Assembly (NCBI GenBank): GCA_963804995.1 | Contig: CAWDSK010000006.1 | Coordinates: 2,080,001 to 2,144,000 of the forward strand | Reading direction: 5' to 3' | DNA: 64,000 nucleotides | Source: an uncultured Acidobacteriota bacterium | Lineage (GTDB): Bacteria; Acidobacteriota; Terriglobia; UBA7540 | Shown here: positions 58,364 to 64,000 of the stretch, in pieces | How the letters are laid out: each line of letters starts with the position of its first letter | Numbering within the stretch: the stretch's first letter is position 1 | Translations under genes and position numbers: made by a program | Notes under the pieces: model-generated | What the model saw: only the letters and a program-made list of their open reading frames with translations | What the model was told of the DNA's origin: nothing | Database searches by the model: none

Positions 58364-60548
58364 ATGCCGAGACCGCACCCGCGACGATCCGAGCAAAATG
58401 GCCCCGCGCAGGACATAGCTGCGAAACCATCGGGCTCCGTGGACCCGCCACGCACCTCGAAGTCCTCACCCTTCGACAATCCAGAGCTCTACATCAACCG
58501 TGAGCTGAGCCTGCTCGAATTTCAGCGCCGCGTGTTGGAGGAGGCAGAGGACCCGGGCAATCCTCTTCTCGAAAGGATCAAGTTCCTGGCCATTCTCAGC
58601 TCCAATCTGGATGAGTTCTTCATGGTGCGCGTGGCGGGCCTGCTGAAGCAGGTGGCGATGGGCTCGCAGGAAGTTGGAATCGACGGCCGCTCGGCAAGCG
58701 CGCAGCTTCAACTCATTCGCCGGGAGGTTGCAGAGATTGCGAAGGAAGCTCACCGATTATGGCGTGAGGATTTGCGGCCCGCGCTGGCGTGCGCCGGAAT
58801 TCGCATTGTGGAATTCGCCGATCTGTCCGCGGAGCAACAGGCCGCAGCAAACGCTTATTTCCTGCACAACGTTTTCCCGGTTCTGACGCCGCTGGCCTTC
58901 GATGAAAGCCGCCCGTTCCCGCACATCTCCAACCGCAGCGTGAATCTGGCGGTGGTGGTGCGGGACCAGGAAGGTGAAAACCAATTTGCGCGGGTCAAGG
59001 TTCCCGACACGCTGCCCCAACTGGTCCGGGTCAAGGCATCGGTACCCGCTGAGTCCTCGGGGCCGGAGGACTCCTCTGAATTGGTGTTCGTATGGTTAGA
59101 GCAGGTCATCGCGGCCAACCTGCACCTGTTGTTTCCGGGCCTGACGATTGTGGACGCACACCCCTTCCGCGTGACCCGGGATGCCGACGTGGCCATCCAG
59201 GAGCTCGAAAGTGACGACCTGCTCGAAACTATCGAAGAAGCCATGCGCCAGCGCAGGTTCCTGGCGGCGGTGCGCGTGCAAGTGAGCACCAGCATGCCGC
59301 AGAAGATCGTCGACATTCTGACGAACAACATTGAAATCGATCCGCAACAGATCAGCCAAATCGAGAATCCGATCGGGTTCAGCCGCTTGTTCGAGCTGTA
59401 CGCGCTCGAACCGTCCGGACTTGAAAGACAAGCCCTTCGTACCCTTCACCCCTCCCATCTTCGGGCTCGAGTGCCAGGAGGACTTCTTCACTATCCTTCG
59501 CCGTGAGGACATCCTGCTGCATCATCCCTACGATTCGTTTCAGCCCGTGGTCGAGTTTTTGCACCAAGCCGCGCGCGATCCGCAGGTGCTGGCCATCAAG
59601 ATGACCCTCTATCGCGTGGGCCGGAATTCACCCATCGTGGCGGCGCTGCTCGAGGCCAGCGAGAATGGCAAGCAGGTGGCGGCGCTGGTGGAGCTGAAGG
59701 CGCGGTTCGATGAGGAGAGCAATATCGAGTGGGCGCGAACCCTGGAAGATGCGGGCGTGCATGTCGTCTACGGGCTGGTGGGCCTGAAGGTGCACTCCAA
59801 AATCGCGTTGGTCGTCCGGCAGGAGGGCGACGCGATTCGCCGTTATCTGCACCTGGGCACTGGAAATTATAACCCCTCGACTGCACGGCTTTACACGGAC
59901 CTGGGCCTGCTGACTAGCGACGAGGAGCTGGCCGAGGACGCCACGTACTTTTTCAACGCCCTCACCGGCTATTCGGCTAATCATGTTCCCCGCCGGCTGC
60001 TGGCGGCTCCCGTCAATCTAACTGAACGGCTGGAGGAGCTCATCCTGCGCGAAATCAAGCTTCAGGAGAACGGCGAGCAGGGACACCTGATCTTCAAGAT
60101 GAATGCGCTCGAGGACGCGAAAATGATCCGGCTGCTTTACCAGGCGTCGCAGGCGGGAGTGAAGGTCGATCTGCTGGTGCGCGGATTCTGCTGCCTGCGG
60201 CCGGGCCTTCCGGGAGTGAGCGAAAATATCCGCGTCACCAGCATCGTGGGGCGGTTCCTCGAACATAGCCGTATTTACTACTTTAGAAACGGCGGGGCTG
60301 AGGAGGTCTACGTGGGCAGCGCCGATTTGATGCGCCGCAGCCTGCGCCACCGGGTGGAAATCATCTTTCCGGTCCGAAGCCCCAAGCTGGTCGGCCGCCT
60401 CAAGGAAATGCTCTCCATCTATATGGCGGATGAGGCCAAGGCGCGCCACCTCGCAAGCGATGGGACCTACACACGCAATCCCAAAAAGCAGGAGCCCGGC
60501 GCCCTGAGCAGCCAAGCCTGGTTCCTGACCCATCCGGTAATGGAGTAG
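58364..60548 (+). CDS. ppk1: polyphosphate kinase 1, split by a +1 frameshift at ~59409
   Basis: [26 protein letters not shown] | [36 protein letters not shown]. Confidence 0.95.
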
Positions 60549-60828
60549 CTGCGATGCCGCTTACTTAATCTAGTGTGGTGTCCCGGTTAATATTTGACAA
60601 GGCTGTCCGACCCCCTCACCCCCCAGCCCCTCTCCCCCAAAGGGGCGAGGGGAGAGTTAATTCTCCTGCCCTCGCCCCTTTGGGGGAGAGGGTGGCTGGC
60701 CGAGGCGTTCTCATCAGCCGAGGCCAGAAGGGGGCCCCACGTTCTGCTTGTCGTGGGGGTGAGGGGGTTCTACCCATTGTCAACTCTAGCACGCGACACC
60801 ACACCACGAGGGAGGAGTGATCCCCCGG

Positions 60829-62850
60829 CTATGGCTGGGGGGCGCTGCCGTGCTTCCGCTCGACCTCTTCCTTGATCGTGCACAGGGCATGGTTCCACAC
60901 GACGTCGTGCACGAATCCTGGAAACAATAATCTGGCGCCCTTCCACATCATCCGACTCGCGAGGCCCTTACCTCTCTTATAGTCGAAGGCCGTGTAGATG
61001 GAGAGCCTGCGGTTTCCGTCCTTGGTCGGCCCGACGTTGAAGATGAGTTCTCCGTGATCCACCAGTCGCTCATCGGCATGATATAGCAAGGTTTCGAGGC
61101 CGACTCTTTTGGTGAGGCTCAGTTTCGCGCCCAACCCCATTAATCTGTATTGAATCACCGATCCGACCTGGTTGGGCGCCCCCTGGATCTGTTGAATGTC
61201 TAGGAATCGCAGGGTTGCGAACCTCGCCTGGGGTTGGCCGAATTTGGCCAGTTCCTCCAGGATTTCTTCCTCCGAACCCCGTATCTTGATCACGTACATC
61301 CGTTCGAAGTCAGGCGACCTACCGAGCTCCATTCCCAGGCCTGAGGCAAACTGCTCCTTCAGCCACTCGCGCTTCTCCTTCAGCACCACGGTCGGGTAAC
61401 GTCCGTACTCCCCCCATTTCAGGCCGAATAAAGCCTCGAACGCCACATTCCTCAGCGTGACTACAGCACCGGTGAGAATGGAGCGCAGGGCTTTGTAGCC
61501 GCACATCTCCTGGAACACTTCCCGATAGTCGGCCGTGCCGCTCGCGATTTTCCAGAGCACAACGCTCAAAGGCCGGTTCCGCTCGTCTCGCACCTTGGAC
61601 TCCGTGGCAAACGCCTGGTACATAACCCGGCTCACCACTGGCACGGTGAACGCCACCCGGCTTGCGGCGTAGACCATCCGTCCAAAGCGATTGTCGGCCG
61701 CGAGCCACTTGACGGTCTTCCCGTACCCTCTGGCCAGAGACTGCTTGTCGACCCCCTCCTGGAGCACAGTCTCGGCAAGGCGAATAGCCGTGGCGTGGGC
61801 GGAGTAGAGACCGTCTTTGTTCAGCCGCGACCCCACCGCGTCGCCGATGATGGCAAACCGGTTGCCGAAAGGAACTTCCGCAGTGGTCACGGTCATTCTG
61901 GGAGCGCATGCGCAGGCCAGGGGAGCTGAGGCGATGCCGGGCAGGATGCGGTCGATCTGAGGCAGCGTCAGAAAATCGCGGACGATCTGGTGACTGTCGC
62001 GGGGGAGAACCGCCTCGTCAATACACTTGCCGATCATGGCGACGGTCAGGAATCTGCCCTTGGGAATGAGGGCCGTATGCTCAAGGGCGAGGCGTTTCGA
62101 GCCGTACTCCAGAAAGTAGATCTCCTGATGTATATTGCGTTCGAGATAGTCCTGGCCCACGTCGAGCTCGAAGATGAAGGCCTTTCGAGTCTTGCCGGGA
62201 AGGAACGCCGGATTCAAGCGCTGGACCGAGGCGATCAGACCATCGTCACGATAATCGAGGCCACAGTGAGCGTTGATGCCGGCAGCGATTGTCACAAAGG
62301 CGGCATCGAGTGAAACCGTCCCTCCGGAGGGCGTCCGCACCGCCAGGCAAGGCATTCCCGACGCGCCGTAGTCAATCGCCTGGACTTCGCCATACACAAC
62401 GCGCGCACCTTCTCTCACCGCCTCACCGAGCAGAAACCCATCGAACCCCGCAGGCCGGCCCATTCTTCTGCCCGGTAACGAGCCCCTGAAAACTGAGTAC
62501 ATCTGCAGGTCTTTGGGAACCCGCAGCCGGAAGTTCTTCCAATGACCCTGGATCCAGACATAATCGATGCGCCCCTGGATGATCTCTTCGGGAACGACGA
62601 GACCTTGCTCGTGGAGAATTCTATTCAACCTTGGTGAGATAAGGCCCGCGCAGAAGTTGCACCCCTTGCATTGAAAGTCATCAAAACCCAGGGCGGTCGG
62701 ACCACGCTTCTCGACGATGACAACGTCCAGAGTTCGATTCAGGCGCCGGGCTTCCCGAAGCAGATGGATGGCAAAGAACGAACCTGCAGGGCCGCCCCCG
62801 ACGATGGCAACGCGGTCGTTGTTCTGGAGGCGCCAGGATGGAGATGACAT
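60829..62850 (-). CDS. FAD-dependent oxidoreductase (geranylgeranyl reductase-like) with extra C-terminal domain
   Basis: VAIVGGGPAG, VEK, CKGCNFCAG, FDGFLL, IIGDA...DGLYSA. Confidence 0.82.
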   Translation of the reverse strand: MSSPSWRLQNNDRVAIVGGGPAGSFFAIHLLREARRLNRTLDVVIVEKRGPTALGFDDFQCKGCNFCAGLISPRLNRILHEQGLVVPEEIIQGRIDYVWIQGHWKNFRLRVPKDLQMYSVFRGSLPGRRMGRPAGFDGFLLGEAVREGARVVYGEVQAIDYGASGMPCLAVRTPSGGTVSLDAAFVTIAAGINAHCGLDYRDDGLIASVQRLNPAFLPGKTRKAFIFELDVGQDYLERNIHQEIYFLEYGSKRLALEHTALIPKGRFLTVAMIGKCIDEAVLPRDSHQIVRDFLTLPQIDRILPGIASAPLACACAPRMTVTTAEVPFGNRFAIIGDAVGSRLNKDGLYSAHATAIRLAETVLQEGVDKQSLARGYGKTVKWLAADNRFGRMVYAASRVAFTVPVVSRVMYQAFATESKVRDERNRPLSVVLWKIASGTADYREVFQEMCGYKALRSILTGAVVTLRNVAFEALFGLKWGEYGRYPTVVLKEKREWLKEQFASGLGMELGRSPDFERMYVIKIRGSEEEILEELAKFGQPQARFATLRFLDIQQIQGAPNQVGSVIQYRLMGLGAKLSLTKRVGLETLLYHADERLVDHGELIFNVGPTKDGNRRLSIYTAFDYKRGKGLASRMMWKGARLLFPGFVHDVVWNHALCTIKEEVERKHGSAPQP

Positions 62851-63178
62851 TGCAGATCTCGCGCCGTTCGATTCAGGAGATGAAAGGCATCGTGCCAAAG
62901 GCACCTTGGAGTGCGGCGGCTCGACGCCGCCTTGAATTTACGCCGAGGACGATGCCGAAGGCGGCGTCGAGCCGCCGCACTCCAAGGTGCTTCGCACATT
63001 TTCATGTACAGTGGCGAGCCGAAGGCTCATGGGAATCTACGGTGAAAATTGCATTCTTTTACACCTTCGGACGCCCCTGGCACGAAATCTTCGCGCGGCA
63101 ACAACGTCCTCGCGGCTAGCCCCACAGGACATGTAAGCACTTAAATCAAAACCGCTCTAATGAGTTCTTAATCCTCCG

Positions 63179-64000
63179 CTATTCGACCTGTTGAAGGCTC
63201 AGAGCGATCCTCACGCCATTCACCAGGACGACGCTTTGATTGATCAAATCCTGGTTAGTGATTTCGGCGTCCGTAAACTGGCGCAGGGGAGTGAGTGGGC
63301 AGATGAATTCCAACGCTTCGGAAGTGGTGGGGACCGTCCGGGAAAACTCATCGAGGACAGTAACATCGACGCCGCTGATCTCCTGGCCGGAGGGCATTTT
63401 TGCCAGCAGGCCTTTCAGTTGCGGGGCCAGGAAGAGATCAAAACTCTGCGCGGCCCGCTTGTAGATCGAAGTTCCATTGCGGTCGAAAACCGCGGGGTTG
63501 CGGAGGGTGATCTGGAGATAGACCTGCTTGTGAAAGAGGCCAAGGGAGGCGGGCGCGTAGTTCACAAAATGATTATGCGCCAGGCCGTCACTGGTAAGGG
63601 CATCAAGCTGTGGCTGAAATTTCTTTTGCAGTTCGTCGAGCTCAACCGCCGTGGGCGCAGGCGTGACACTGGGCGCGGCTGGAGGAGCGCCGGCGGCGGG
63701 CATGGCGGGAGGCTCCACAGGACGCGGCAGGCGAAAGGTCGGCAGGGTGTCCCGGTAGAGTCCTGCCAGGCGGATATCTGAATCATGTATTGCCGGGGCC
63801 GGGTCAGGCTGTTTACTATCCACGCGCTCGGCGACAACCTTAGGCTCCACCGTGGGAGTCGGGTCTTGCGCCTTGACCTCCGGGTGATCGGTGACCACTT
63901 TAGCCTGGACAGGATGGCCTGGCTCGGGTTTGTCGAGCTTCTCCACGTCAAAGGCTTTCTTCTCACCCAGAGCCAGTCCAAATTCCTTGCCGTCCAGGTA
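63179..64000 (-). CDS. hypothetical protein, 5' end outside the window
   Basis: Long open frame with a Pro-rich linker and globular C-terminus; appears to run off the window edge. Confidence 0.7.
   Translation of the reverse strand, partial: YLDGKEFGLALGEKKAFDVEKLDKPEPGHPVQAKVVTDHPEVKAQDPTPTVEPKVVAERVDSKQPDPAPAIHDSDIRLAGLYRDTLPTFRLPRPVEPPAMPAAGAPPAAPSVTPAPTAVELDELQKKFQPQLDALTSDGLAHNHFVNYAPASLGLFHKQVYLQITLRNPAVFDRNGTSIYKRAAQSFDLFLAPQLKGLLAKMPSGQEISGVDVTVLDEFSRTVPTTSEALEFICPLTPLRQFTDAEITNQDLINQSVVLVNGVRIALSLQQVE

Noticed and set aside
1539..63035. CRISPR array interpretation of the repeats
   Set aside because: No regularly spaced identical repeats with unique spacers, and no cas genes

Overview
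64-kb window of a GC-rich bacterial chromosome. The gene set (acidobacterial-type pilin, tandem-PilZ protein, many Tat/secreted hydrolases) suggests Acidobacteriota; this is inference. It holds about 43 mostly housekeeping or catabolic genes: pdhABC, lipid kinase, LplT-Aas fusion, GH3, GH20, DPP-III, ppk1, MttB- and UroD-family proteins, a Ser/Thr kinase and NYN-LOTUS. It also has a hicBA toxin-antitoxin pair, a small low-GC islet of three unknown genes, and two group II introns, one intact (2701-4613) and one internally deleted (33751-35015). I saw no rRNA, tRNA or CRISPR array. The most notable signal is non-coding. Many intergenic spaces carry palindromic REP/REPIN-like elements from about 10 families. 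Both introns sit precisely inside such elements, with putative EBS1 loops complementary to the repeat arm and empty target copies nearby, which suggests 'REP-homing' group II introns. The repeats themselves host 16-61-bp palindromic inserts, some flanked by short direct duplications. Five +1 frameshifts in otherwise intact genes probably reflect read or assembly errors. All calls come from reading the sequence; no searches were run.
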